A stretch of 41,264 nt of DNA from an uncultured Oscillospiraceae bacterium (GCA_964551215.1 CAZKBV010000004.1:1-41264), one strand, 5' to 3'; positions 25,634 to 35,253 are shown, counted from the stretch's first letter. A program made the numbers and translations. The notes: generated from the letters alone by a model not told the origin.

Positions 25634-28489
25634 TCATTCTTCATCAATAGCCTTGAGCAGACGGTAAAGCATTGCGCAGGCCTCTCCCCTTGTAGATTGC
25701 TTCTTCGGCAGAAAAAGAGACTGCTCGGTGCCGTTAACCATGCCGACGCCGATGCCGCAAGCCACATAATCCTCCGCCCACGGGGAAATATCGCCGTGGT
25801 CATAAAAACGGTTAATCGACGATTTTTCGGCTTTCAGCCCCATAGCCTCATAGACCCTCATAATAATCGCTGTCATTTCCTCTCTTGTAAGGAACCCGTC
25901 GGGAGAAAACGCGCTTTCGGATGTTCCGTTTATAATTCCCAAGGCGTTGAGGGCGGCAACGCTTTCATAGTACCACGCGCCGGAGGGGACATCCTCAAAG
26001 GAGCAGCTTCCGCCTTTGGCTTGGAACGCCCGGCAAACGAGGGCGGCAAACTCCGCTCTTGTGATTTTATCGTCAGGGCAAAACTCATAAGATGTTTTGC
26101 CGTTTACAACTCCGGAATTGTACAGCGGCAGCACATACTCCGCCGACCAGTGTTCCATATCCGTAAACGGAGCATCGGTTTCCTCCGACAGCGTCACAGG
26201 CGAAAGCGTCGGCTTTTCTTTGACCGCAGACTCCGTTCGGTCAGGCTTTTCCTCGTTTTCCTCCGACTGAGAGTATTGTATTTCGCCAATTGATACGGGA
26301 ACGCTTTGCAGAGGCGTTCCGCTTAGTCCCGTAACGGCGCATATGGGAGTCACCTCAAAATACACATATTTCCCCACAAGCTCCGCAGGCACCTTGAATT
26401 CCAAGCCGCTGCCCATATGCTTCGGCTCGCCGCCGGCCTCCATACCGTACCAGCTTATGGCGCAGGCCGACGAATCAAAGCTGTCGTCCATATTGTTAAA
26501 AAACGTAAATTGAGCCGTAAGAGTAGCCCCGGACTCCGCCAAGCCCGATATTGTAAGAGCCGATACCGACACGATGGAGCGGAAAAGCTCGATATTATCC
26601 AACGATAGATCCACCTCGCCGCCGTCCGCCGAGGTTATATACAGCGCCAAACGCCCCACAAGCTCATAATCCGTCTGGAAAAGCTCAAATATTTGTTCGG
26701 TTTCAAGCTCCGATTGCACCAGCGGAATATTTTCACCGTCGGTTTTTTCCAAAAACGCGGTAACAACGCAGTTTCTCTCGCCCAAAACATCGCCTCTGAA
26801 AGCATAAGGGAGTCCCGGATACAGGTGCATATATGAATTATTCAGCACAACGGCGTAATTTTCCCGAGAGGTAATATGCATAAAGCGGCTGTCGCCGTCC
26901 TCTATTTTTAACGCCGCCGGAGCCGCCGCCGCCCACCACTGACCGGCGCTTTTTTCCTCAAAGCCTCCGTCGCCGATAAAGCTGTGGCTCAAGGTAAAAA
27001 CCAGCGAGCCTTCAATATTGGAATTGCCCCTTGACACGGCGTATATTTCATAGTCGCCCTCAACCGCGTCCGGAGAGACGGTTATGCTTCCGTTTTCCAG
27101 TTCTACGCCTTTTCCCTCGGGATAAAGCCTTACATTACAGCGGTCGCTCAAAATTTCCCCCGCCTGATCTCTGATATAGGCATTGAAGGGATAGCTTGTG
27201 ACCGTATCGGGAAGGGCGATATTTCCGGGAGCGTGCAGCGTTATATATGTTTCGTCCGGAAGTTCCGGAGCAAGAGTCATTTTGCTGACGGTAACGGCTC
27301 CAGGCTCGGAGGTGACAAAATTTACGCTGAAATCGTAAACTCCGCTTGCCTCGGGAGTAAACGCCGCGATAACCTCGGTTTCGCTGCCCGAAGAAACATC
27401 GAGAATGTCTATCGTCACCTGCCCGTCAAGGGAAAGGGCGATATTTCGGGAATATATCGAGGAATCCGTGCCGCCGTCAACCTTTACGTAGGCCCGCAAA
27501 ACATACATAACATTTTCCATAAGCATTAGGGAATACGTCGGGCGAACCGTACCCATATAGCCGTAATCGCAGGGAGTTTCCGTAAAAATCGTCATATGTC
27601 CGGAACCTAACTCATAGGCCTCGTCAACGCTCCAATACTCATCCGCCATGGAAAAATCGGAATTTTTCAGCATATTTCGCGTAAGGGTAATTTCCGCGCT
27701 AACCTCCCCCAAGGCCATATATTCCGGAGGAGTATATACAAGCACAAACGCCGAATTGTCGGGGCAGCCCTCGCCGACGGTTACCGTATTTGAATTTTCG
27801 TCGAAGCTCACTCCGGCCGGAAGATTTTCCGCCCTTATTGTTGAAATTTCCGGCAAAAGGTTTATAATTTCCCCCTGTGAGGTAGCCGCCCCCACTCCGT
27901 AACGGGTGCTGACGCTGCCGGCGGCCGGAATATTAAGCTCCCGCGGGCCGATAATCGTTCCGCTTTCCGGTTCTATATCGATTGTTTCTATTTTTATGTC
28001 GTCCAGAAGAAAGCCGACGTCCGTCAAGCCGTGCTTCAGTTCGATGCTGAAGCTGTAATCGGCGGTCTTTGGCGCCACAAAAAGCTCTTCGACCTGAGTC
28101 CATCTGTCGGCTATGTTGTCAAATTCAAAGACAATATTATCCCGTCCTTCCCCGAAGCGGATGGACGAAAGCTGCCCTCCGGAGCCTTCCGCCCCCGGAT
28201 TCACAACCGAAAAGGACAGCCTGTATATTTTTCCTTCTTCAAGACTGACGGTTCGCATATAGGAAAGCATATGCGATATTTTGCCGTTTTCCTCCTGACC
28301 GTAGCAGTTGTTTACCGCGCAGGCGAAATCCCCGTCGTAAGCCGAAGCATCGTCCATGACAGCGCCGTACCACGCCTCAAAATCCTCCGGATTTTCAAAG
28401 GAAGTGCCGAAAATAACCGTTTCGTCGGCGCAGACAGGCATTATAAGCATGAAGGAAAAAAACAGCAGCGATATAATAAATCTGCGCAT
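25634..28489 (-). CDS. Large cell-surface protein: signal peptide, CBM-like beta-sandwich modules, three C-terminal SLH domains
   Basis: ATG at 28489 follows AAAGGAGA and gives MRRFIISLLFFSFMLIMPVCADE. The C-terminal ~190 aa carry three SLH-like repeats (FTDMEHWSAEYV..., FEDVPSGAWYYESV..., FYDHGDISPWAEDYV...). Confidence 0.85.
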   Translation of the reverse strand: MRRFIISLLFFSFMLIMPVCADETVIFGTSFENPEDFEAWYGAVMDDASAYDGDFACAVNNCYGQEENGKISHMLSYMRTVSLEEGKIYRLSFSVVNPGAEGSGGQLSSIRFGEGRDNIVFEFDNIADRWTQVEELFVAPKTADYSFSIELKHGLTDVGFLLDDIKIETIDIEPESGTIIGPRELNIPAAGSVSTRYGVGAATSQGEIINLLPEISTIRAENLPAGVSFDENSNTVTVGEGCPDNSAFVLVYTPPEYMALGEVSAEITLTRNMLKNSDFSMADEYWSVDEAYELGSGHMTIFTETPCDYGYMGTVRPTYSLMLMENVMYVLRAYVKVDGGTDSSIYSRNIALSLDGQVTIDILDVSSGSETEVIAAFTPEASGVYDFSVNFVTSEPGAVTVSKMTLAPELPDETYITLHAPGNIALPDTVTSYPFNAYIRDQAGEILSDRCNVRLYPEGKGVELENGSITVSPDAVEGDYEIYAVSRGNSNIEGSLVFTLSHSFIGDGGFEEKSAGQWWAAAAPAALKIEDGDSRFMHITSRENYAVVLNNSYMHLYPGLPYAFRGDVLGERNCVVTAFLEKTDGENIPLVQSELETEQIFELFQTDYELVGRLALYITSADGGEVDLSLDNIELFRSIVSVSALTISGLAESGATLTAQFTFFNNMDDSFDSSACAISWYGMEAGGEPKHMGSGLEFKVPAELVGKYVYFEVTPICAVTGLSGTPLQSVPVSIGEIQYSQSEENEEKPDRTESAVKEKPTLSPVTLSEETDAPFTDMEHWSAEYVLPLYNSGVVNGKTSYEFCPDDKITRAEFAALVCRAFQAKGGSCSFEDVPSGAWYYESVAALNALGIINGTSESAFSPDGFLTREEMTAIIMRVYEAMGLKAEKSSINRFYDHGDISPWAEDYVACGIGVGMVNGTEQSLFLPKKQSTRGEACAMLYRLLKAIDEE

Positions 28490-28538
28490 AACGAGTCTCC
28501 TTTCTCGGAAAGAGCTTAAAACAATTGTACCTAAAATG

Positions 28539-28567
28539 ATTATATCATAACCGAAAATGTTTGTCAA
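28539..28567 (-). promoter_or_regulatory. Perfect consensus SigA promoter for the SLH protein gene
   Basis: Minus sense reads TTGACA (28567-28562), 17-nt spacer, TATAAT (28544-28539). It lies inside the over-extended track ORF. Confidence 0.7.
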
Positions 28568-28618
28568 CATTCGAAAGGACTATAAGCATAGCGGTTTTTA
28601 AGCAAATTCACAAAAAAT

Positions 28619-29737
28619 TTACTTAAAATACTGATACAGGCAGCACTTCAACATTCCGTTGTACAGCTTCCGCCGCTTGTCAGCCCTTCTGCCGAAGAAT
28701 TTTTCAAATTCCTCGTGGCCGGTAAGGATAAGCTTTGCCGCCTGAGGATAACGGGCGAACTTGATTCCCATCCTTTTATAAAGCTCTTCGCAGCTCTTTT
28801 TATCCATAAGCCTTTCCCCGTAGGGAGGATTGCACATAACAATACCCTTTTCGGAAAATTCGTAAGCCTTGGCCATATCGCACACTCTGAAGGAAATATA
28901 TTTCTCCACTCCGGCTCGGCGTGCGTTGGACTTTGCGATTTCCACCGCCTTGGGGTCAATGTCCGACGCGTATATTTTCGGAGAAGCGGACTTATCCTCG
29001 TTTTCCGCGGCTTCCTGCCGGGCGTCGGCCCAAAGTCGGCTGTCCATGCACTTCCACCCCTCCGCCGAAAAGCTTCTTTTTCTGCCGGGAGCCAGCTTAA
29101 GGGCGTACATAGCCGCCTCAATAGGTATGGTTCCGCTTCCGCAGAAGGGATCCGCAAAGGGCCGATCTCCCCTCCACCGGCTTATGTCTATCATGGAAAA
29201 GGCCAGCGTTTCCCTCATGGGAGCGAGAACTCCCTCCGTCCTGTATCCCCGCTTATACAGGGGATTTCCGCTGGTATCAAGATATACGCGGCAGATGTTG
29301 TTCATCAGGTAAAAGCGCACCGCGAACCTTGCGCCGCACTCCTCAAAGCGCTGGCGCCCGTAATGCTCCGAAAGCCGACGCACTACGGCCTTTTTCACAA
29401 TGCTCTGGCAGGCCGGAACGCTACTTAGGCGGGATTTTAAGCTGCTGCCCGTAACGGGGAAGCAGTCCTCCTCCCCAATAAGCTCCTCCCACGGCAGCTT
29501 ATACACTCCCTGAAACAGCTCCTCGAAAACCACCGCTTCAAACTCCGCCATTTTGATAAGGACTCTTTCTCCGCAGCGGAGATTTACGTTAAGCAGCGCC
29601 ACCGCCTCCCAGTCTCCCGAAAGAGTCACTCTTCCGTCGGTGACGCTGTCCGTTTCGTACCCAAGCTCCCGCGCCTCGTGAGCCACAATGGACTCCGTGC
29701 CGAAAAATGTGGGGACTGTTATCTGAAATCTGTTCAT
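28619..29737 (-). CDS. THUMP-domain class I SAM-dependent RNA methyltransferase (RlmL/YpsC-like)
   Basis: 372 aa from the ATG at 29737. N-terminal THUMP-like region, SAM motif DPFCGSGT and catalytic NPPYGERL. Confidence 0.85.
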   Translation of the reverse strand: MNRFQITVPTFFGTESIVAHEARELGYETDSVTDGRVTLSGDWEAVALLNVNLRCGERVLIKMAEFEAVVFEELFQGVYKLPWEELIGEEDCFPVTGSSLKSRLSSVPACQSIVKKAVVRRLSEHYGRQRFEECGARFAVRFYLMNNICRVYLDTSGNPLYKRGYRTEGVLAPMRETLAFSMIDISRWRGDRPFADPFCGSGTIPIEAAMYALKLAPGRKRSFSAEGWKCMDSRLWADARQEAAENEDKSASPKIYASDIDPKAVEIAKSNARRAGVEKYISFRVCDMAKAYEFSEKGIVMCNPPYGERLMDKKSCEELYKRMGIKFARYPQAAKLILTGHEEFEKFFGRRADKRRKLYNGMLKCCLYQYFK

Positions 29738-29754
29738 AATTTTTCTCCATACCT

Positions 29755-31101
29755 CTAATTTACAAGATCGTGTATCCATTTGCCGCTTCTGAGCCTTAAG
29801 ATTACTGCTACGCACTTAACGGCCTCCTCCACGTAGCTGAAGCCCAGCACTACCGGAGCCGGAAGCCTGAGCGCAAGCCCCGTAATCAGCACCAGCGGCA
29901 CTCCCACAAGCCAAACTCCCCCTACGTCGCATATCATGCAGAACACCGTATCGCCGCCGCTGCGCATGGTTCCCACTATTGCCAGCAGAGAATAGGCCTT
30001 CGTTATCATAAAGCAGCCGCATATCCTCAGCATGAGTACGCACATTTCCCTTGTTTCGGGAGTCATTTTGAAAAATCCGGCTATAAGTGGAGCGACCAAA
30101 ATCAGTACCGCTCCTATTATAACGCCCTGAACGGTAGCCGCCTTCTGGAAAAACGCGGCCTTGCTTCGGGCTTCCTCCCGCCTTTGAGCGCCCACCTCCT
30201 TGCCGGTAATAACCCCGGCGGCGGTAGCGGTGCCGAAAACCGTGGCGAAAAGCATATTTTCCACCGTACCAACAATGCTGTATGCCGCCGCCGGACCGCT
30301 GCCCATTCTCGCCATTACCGCGCCGTACACCGTCACGCCTATACCCCATAGGGATTCGTTGAAAAATACGGGGAGGCTTGCCCTTAGGTAGCCTTTAAGG
30401 AAGCCCGAAGGGAAATCATAGGTTTCCCTGAGATGGCCGAAAAACATTTTCCAGTGTTTCCTTCCGCCGAAAAGCACCACCAAAAACTCGCATACTCTCG
30501 CTGTTACAGTGCCTATTGCCGCGCCCTTCACTCCCAAAGCGGGAAGTCCCAGCTTGCCGAAAATAAGCACATAATTCATCCCGGCGTTTACCGCCAGAGA
30601 AACAACGCTCCCCCAAAGAGCCGTCTGAGGCTTTTCCACGGCTTTAAGTCCGGCTCCCATAATAAAGCTTACGCCGAAAAACAGATAGCTGAAAGCCGAC
30701 AGCTTAAGATAATCGCAGCCGTATGCCATTATTTCCCTGTCCCATCCCGTCAGCAGCCCCATAAGAGGGCCGGACAAAAGGACGGCTCCCACGGTAAATA
30801 TCGACGCAAGACCCACCGCCAGCGTCATGCCTACGCTCATAACATTCTTAATTCCCTTAATGTCTTTTTTGCCCCAGAATTGGGAGAAAAACACGATAGC
30901 GCCGCTGCACACCCCGAACATCATCAGGTTGTACACAAAAAACACCTTGTTTGCCATTGACACTCCCGCCAAAGGCACCTCTCCAAGAGAGCCTATCATA
31001 AGGTTGTCCAGCAGGTTTACGCTGCTTGTAACAAGATTTTGCAGCGTAAGGGGAATTACCATTGCGATATATATTTTTAAAGCCTCTTTGCTTATTTTCA
31101 T
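29755..31101 (-). CDS. MATE family efflux transporter
   Basis: 448 aa from MKISKEALKIY, about 12 TM segments, MATE-like N-terminal motif. Confidence 0.85.
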   Translation of the reverse strand: MKISKEALKIYIAMVIPLTLQNLVTSSVNLLDNLMIGSLGEVPLAGVSMANKVFFVYNLMMFGVCSGAIVFFSQFWGKKDIKGIKNVMSVGMTLAVGLASIFTVGAVLLSGPLMGLLTGWDREIMAYGCDYLKLSAFSYLFFGVSFIMGAGLKAVEKPQTALWGSVVSLAVNAGMNYVLIFGKLGLPALGVKGAAIGTVTARVCEFLVVLFGGRKHWKMFFGHLRETYDFPSGFLKGYLRASLPVFFNESLWGIGVTVYGAVMARMGSGPAAAYSIVGTVENMLFATVFGTATAAGVITGKEVGAQRREEARSKAAFFQKAATVQGVIIGAVLILVAPLIAGFFKMTPETREMCVLMLRICGCFMITKAYSLLAIVGTMRSGGDTVFCMICDVGGVWLVGVPLVLITGLALRLPAPVVLGFSYVEEAVKCVAVILRLRSGKWIHDLVN

Positions 31102-31229
31102 CGTATACACCTCATTTTGATATATTATCACAGATAAAGGAAAAAAGCAATACGGATTTTATTTTATTGCTTTGCGCGGTGCATTTTCGGCCTTAACCGT
31201 TCATAAACTGAAGCGTAGGAGGAATCATA

Positions 31230-31430
31230 ATGTCCGCTGTCAGAAAATTTACCGTAGGTTTGCTGTTAAAAGCCCTGATATGCCTTGCGCTGCTGCTTTT
31301 TGTATGGATTTTTTACAAAGCCGCGCCGCAGTATTTTTCAGTGTTCAGGCAAAAGCTTTTTTATCCCGTTGACCTTGGAGAAATCTTCAGAGAGCTTAAA
31401 GCGCTGGGAAGGTGCGTGCTTCCCTTTTGA
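31230..31430 (+). CDS. Small membrane protein (66 aa) translationally overlapping the M50 protease gene
   Basis: Strong RBS AGGAGG 7 nt before the ATG. One hydrophobic helix (LLLKALICLALLLFVWIF). Its 3' end overlaps the next ORF by 19 nt. Confidence 0.6.
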   Translation: MSAVRKFTVGLLLKALICLALLLFVWIFYKAAPQYFSVFRQKLFYPVDLGEIFRELKALGRCVLPF

Positions 31431-31957
31431 AGTTTAAAATACATCCGGCGGCGGTTTTCATAATCGCCTTTTTTATTTGGAACCGCTTTTTTGCCGAGCT
31501 TCTTTTAAGCGTGTTTCTCCACGAATGCGGCCACGCGGCGGCGGCGTTTCTCGCCGGAAAAAGGGGCATGGTTTTCAGCCTTTCCCCTATGGGGTTTTCC
31601 CTTTACGCCGGTGAAATCGAAGGAAGGCTTAAGGGACTTTTTATCCTCGGCGCGGGCCCCCTTGTAAGTCTGTTGCTTATTCCCTTTCTGTCACCCCAAA
31701 CCTTATGGGTGCTTGTTTTCAACCTTTTCCCCGTCCTGCCCTTGGACGGCGGAAGAATAGCGGCGCTTCTTTTCGGAGAAGCCGCCGCAAGGCTTTTGGG
31801 AGGATACGCTCTGCTTTTTGTTTTGCTGTTCGGCGCTTTGCACAGCCTTCCTCCCGTAGGGCCGGCAATAATGCTGATTCTTTTCCGCCGCCATGAAATG
31901 TCCGCGCGGTACGAAAAAATCAAACGCACCGCCGATTTTTTGCGGGATTTGTATTGA
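31412..31957 (+). CDS. Site-2 protease family (peptidase M50), SpoIVFB-like, lacking a CBS domain
   Basis: HECGH (HExxH) in a TM helix and NLFPVLPLDGG (NxxPxxxLDG). The N-terminus KIHPAAVFIIAFF resembles SpoIVFB. Start is uncertain: GTG at 31412 or TTG at 31427. Confidence 0.8.
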   Translation: MRASLLKFKIHPAAVFIIAFFIWNRFFAELLLSVFLHECGHAAAAFLAGKRGMVFSLSPMGFSLYAGEIEGRLKGLFILGAGPLVSLLLIPFLSPQTLWVLVFNLFPVLPLDGGRIAALLFGEAAARLLGGYALLFVLLFGALHSLPPVGPAIMLILFRRHEMSARYEKIKRTADFLRDLY

Positions 31958-31995
31958 TTTCCAAGGCAACGAAAATAATTTCTTCTTTTAAACTA

Positions 31996-32024
31996 TTGAA
32001 AAAAAGCCCGAGCCGTGGTAAAAT
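31996..32024 (+). promoter_or_regulatory. SigA-type promoter for the radical SAM gene pair
   Basis: TTGAAA (31996-32001), 17-nt spacer, TAAAAT (32019-32024). Confidence 0.6.
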
Positions 32025-32074
32025 ATATTAAAATAAAAATTAATTATTCAAATATACATTGAGAGGAAAAAGCT

Positions 32075-33985
32075 ATGAGCACAGTAAACATAGACCGACT
32101 TTTAAAACGAGTTCAGAAGCCGACCCGATACAGCGGCGGCGAACTTAACAGCGTTATCAAAAATCCCGAGGATGTAAGCATCCGCTACGCCTTTGTTTTT
32201 CCGGATACCTACGAGGTGGGAATGAGCCATCTCGGAATAAAAATCCTGTATCACTGCCTTAACCTCCGTCCCGACACCTACTGCGAAAGGGTGTTCGCTC
32301 CGTGGATAGATATGGAGGAGGAAATGCGCAAGGAAAACGTCCCCCTGTTTTCCATCGAAACCCGCACCCCTGTTAAGGAATTTGACTTTGTGGGCGTGAC
32401 GCTTCAATATGAAATGTGCTACACAAATGTGCTTAATATGCTGGATATGGCGGGGATTCCCCTGCGCTCCAAGGACAGGAAGGAGGGCGACCCCTTCGTA
32501 AACGCCGGCGGCCCCTGCGCCTATAATCCGGAGCCTATGGCGGAAATATTCGACTTTTTCACTATGGGCGAGGGCGAAGAGGTTATCGACCAGCTTATGG
32601 ACGCCTACATGGAATGGAAGGCCGAGGGAGGCAAGCGCATTGACTACCTTAAAAAGATAGCCAAAATCGAAGGCATCTATGTTCCCTGTCTTTACGATGT
32701 GGAATACAACCCCGACGGCACCCTTAAATCTATGACTCCCAACTGCCCCGAAGCGTCGCCCAAGGTCAAAAAACGCATAATCGAGGATCTGGACAGTGTT
32801 ATTTTTCCCGAAAAATTCATAGTACCATTCATGGATATTGTCCACGACCGCGTGAGCCTTGAGGTTTTTCGGGGCTGTATAAGGGGCTGCCGATTTTGCC
32901 AAGCCGGCATGATATACCGTCCCGTACGGGAAAAATCCCCCGACCGTCTGGTTGACGACGCGAAGCGGCTGTTAAGCTCCACGGGCTACGAGGAAATAAG
33001 TCTTTCAAGCCTTTCAACCAGCGATTATACATGCTTTGAGGAGCTTGCGGACAGGCTTCTGGAGCTGACCGAAAAGGAAAAGGTGGGGCTTTCCCTCCCC
33101 TCCCTGAGAGTTGACAACTTCAGTCTCGGTCTTATGGAGAGGGTGCAGAAGGTGCGCAAAAGCGGTCTTACCTTCGCTCCGGAGGCCGGAAGCCAGAGAA
33201 TGAGAGACGTCATCAACAAAAACGTCCGCGAGGAAGATCTCATCCGCAGTGTATCCATGGCCTTTGACGGAGGGTGGTCAACCGTTAAGCTTTACTTCAT
33301 GATGGGACTGCCCTACGAAACCGATGAGGATATCGCCGGAATCGCCCGCCTTGCGGAAAAGGTTGTGGACTGCTACTATTCCTCCGAAAAAACAAACAAA
33401 AGGCGCGCGCCTTCCGTAAACCTCAGCGTTGCCGGATTTGTACCCAAGCCCTTCACTCCTTTCCAGTGGGCAAGGCAGAATACAGTTGAAGAGCTTCACC
33501 GCAAACAGCTTTTCCTTAAGGACGAGATACACAGCCGCCGCGTAAAGTACAGCTACCATCAAAGCGACGTAAGCGTCCTTGAAGGCGTATTTGCCAGAGG
33601 TGACAGAAAGCTTAACGACGTGCTTATCCGCGCCTTTGAGCTGGGCTGTAAGCTGGACAGCTGGAGCGAATGTTTCAGTATGGACAAGTGGAGGCAGGCC
33701 TTTGACGACTGCGGCGTCAGCATGGAATTTTATACCCGCGAGCGGAGCTATGACGAGCTGTTCCCGTGGGATTTTGTGGATATCGGCGTAACCAAGGAAT
33801 TTATGATGTCGGAAAACGAAAAGGCAAAGCAGGCCGCCGTAACTCCCCACTGCCGCTTAAAGTGCAGCGGCTGCGGGGCCAACACCCTCTGCGAGGGGAA
33901 CAAGTGCAGCGTCTATAAAGAAAAAAACAGCCTAACGGCTGTCAAAAAATTCAGGGAAACGGAAGGGGCGGAAAGCAATGTGTGA
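32075..33985 (+). CDS. B12-binding-domain radical SAM protein (TIGR03960-like)
   Basis: 636 aa. CxxxCxxC cluster motif RGCIRGCRFCQAG. Its size and its partnership with a downstream DUF2344 gene fit the family. Confidence 0.85.
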   Translation: MSTVNIDRLLKRVQKPTRYSGGELNSVIKNPEDVSIRYAFVFPDTYEVGMSHLGIKILYHCLNLRPDTYCERVFAPWIDMEEEMRKENVPLFSIETRTPVKEFDFVGVTLQYEMCYTNVLNMLDMAGIPLRSKDRKEGDPFVNAGGPCAYNPEPMAEIFDFFTMGEGEEVIDQLMDAYMEWKAEGGKRIDYLKKIAKIEGIYVPCLYDVEYNPDGTLKSMTPNCPEASPKVKKRIIEDLDSVIFPEKFIVPFMDIVHDRVSLEVFRGCIRGCRFCQAGMIYRPVREKSPDRLVDDAKRLLSSTGYEEISLSSLSTSDYTCFEELADRLLELTEKEKVGLSLPSLRVDNFSLGLMERVQKVRKSGLTFAPEAGSQRMRDVINKNVREEDLIRSVSMAFDGGWSTVKLYFMMGLPYETDEDIAGIARLAEKVVDCYYSSEKTNKRRAPSVNLSVAGFVPKPFTPFQWARQNTVEELHRKQLFLKDEIHSRRVKYSYHQSDVSVLEGVFARGDRKLNDVLIRAFELGCKLDSWSECFSMDKWRQAFDDCGVSMEFYTRERSYDELFPWDFVDIGVTKEFMMSENEKAKQAAVTPHCRLKCSGCGANTLCEGNKCSVYKEKNSLTAVKKFRETEGAESNV

Positions 33986-34607
33986 TTACTACCTTATATA
34001 CGAAAAAACCGACAACGCCAAGTACATTTCCCATCTTGACTTTGTCCGCGCCTATAACCGCACCATGCGCCGGGCAAGGCTGCCGGTGGCGTTTTCCGAG
34101 GGCTTCAATCCCCATCCGCTGCTGAGCTTCGCCCTTCCCCTTTCCGTAGGCTATACGAGCCAATGCGAGCTTTTGGAGTTTAGGCTCACCGAGGAGCTTC
34201 CCCCCGAAGAAATAAAAGAACGGATAAACGCCGTAATACCTATGGGAATTAAGATTCTTTCCGTACACAAGGGCAAAAGCGCCATGAAAACCCTGCGTTA
34301 CGCCCTTTACCGTGTCACTCCCGAAAATATGCCCGAATCCGTCGAAGATTTTATGTCTATGGAAACCATAGTAATAGACAAAAAGACCAAAAGCGGCATA
34401 AAGGATACGGATATCAGAAAAGACATTATTGAAATACGCCCTCAAAGCGGCTGTATGCTAATGACGCTGAGCGCCGGAAGCGAAAAAAACCTAAAGCCCG
34501 ACGTGGTAATTAAGGCTATGAACAAATATATCCCCGACTATGACAGCGGCGACTGCGAATATCACCGCGTTGCCATATACGACGGGGATATGAACGAGAT
34601 AAAATAG
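33978..34607 (+). CDS. Radical-SAM-associated protein (DUF2344 / TIGR03936-like)
   Basis: 209 aa. YISHLDFVRAYNRTMRRARLPVAFSEGFNPHP is typical of the family. Overlaps the upstream gene by 8 nt. Confidence 0.8.
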   Translation: MCDYYLIYEKTDNAKYISHLDFVRAYNRTMRRARLPVAFSEGFNPHPLLSFALPLSVGYTSQCELLEFRLTEELPPEEIKERINAVIPMGIKILSVHKGKSAMKTLRYALYRVTPENMPESVEDFMSMETIVIDKKTKSGIKDTDIRKDIIEIRPQSGCMLMTLSAGSEKNLKPDVVIKAMNKYIPDYDSGDCEYHRVAIYDGDMNEIK

Positions 34608-34609
34608 AT

Positions 34610-35035
34610 TTATCGTATTTTGTATAGCTTCACATTCTTTATTACACCCAGCCGCATGGCCTCCTCGTGGGTTTCCACAGGCATATCAATGCGGTGGAGC
34701 CTTTCCAGCGCGGAGCCTGTGTCTTGGATAACAAGATTATCGCTGCTGCCGTCGGGGTAAACAGCCAGCACCTTTGTTCCCACGGGATATTTCTTAATTA
34801 CCGAGGCCGGTACGGCAACGGAGCGGCCCGGCTGAAGCTTATCCCCATTGCAGCCGTAGGCGGAATTTCCGCATATGTGATAGCCCGAACGCTGTTCAAG
34901 GCAGTAATGGCTCATGTCGAATTCACCTATGTAATCTCCCTTTCCCGGCAGGGCGCACTTAACCGCCACTACGGAAACCGCCGCCGCAAGAGTGCCGAGA
35001 ATAAGCCTTTTTCTGAAAATTTTACCGCTGTCCAT
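34610..35035 (-). CDS. 3D-domain protein (cell-wall-associated, MltA domain-3-like)
   Basis: 141 aa. N-terminal TM anchor, then a 3D-type core (YHICGNSAYG...GRSVAV...VIQDTGSAL). Confidence 0.75.
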   Translation of the reverse strand: MDSGKIFRKRLILGTLAAAVSVVAVKCALPGKGDYIGEFDMSHYCLEQRSGYHICGNSAYGCNGDKLQPGRSVAVPASVIKKYPVGTKVLAVYPDGSSDNLVIQDTGSALERLHRIDMPVETHEEAMRLGVIKNVKLYKIR

Positions 35036-35253
35036 CCGCTATCCCCTCTATAAAAAATATTTTTGAATTGTTAATAAATAAAGCTTCATATCTTGCTTGT
35101 AAATCGTCAAACTTTGAATCTAATTCACTATCAGAACGAAGTTCTTCAGGTAGAAGAGGATATACCAATTCATCTTCTTCATCATATAACCATATTATAT
35201 AACCATACCGTATAACAACCGTAATCTATCATAATTCTAATTTTTCTAATCAT
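35022..35253 (-). pseudogene. Decayed small gene: 23-aa stub plus an out-of-frame continuation
   Basis: AAGGAGA RBS, then ATG at 35253 giving MIRKIRIMIDYGCYTVWLYNMVI*. The +1 frame continues WLYDEEDELVYPLLPEELRSDSELDSKFDDLQARYEALFINN. The break coincides with the TATGGTTATAT x2 repeat. Confidence 0.5.
35184..35209. repeat. 13-bp-period tandem repeat (ATATAACCATA x2) at the frameshift point of the decayed gene
   Basis: 35184-35194 equals 35197-35207, separated by a 2-nt spacer. Confidence 0.85.

Noticed and set aside
28490-28570. N-terminal extension of the SLH protein ORF (track start 28570)
   Set aside because: The extension runs through the consensus promoter (28539-28567). The signal peptide starts at the ATG at 28489, which has a good RBS.
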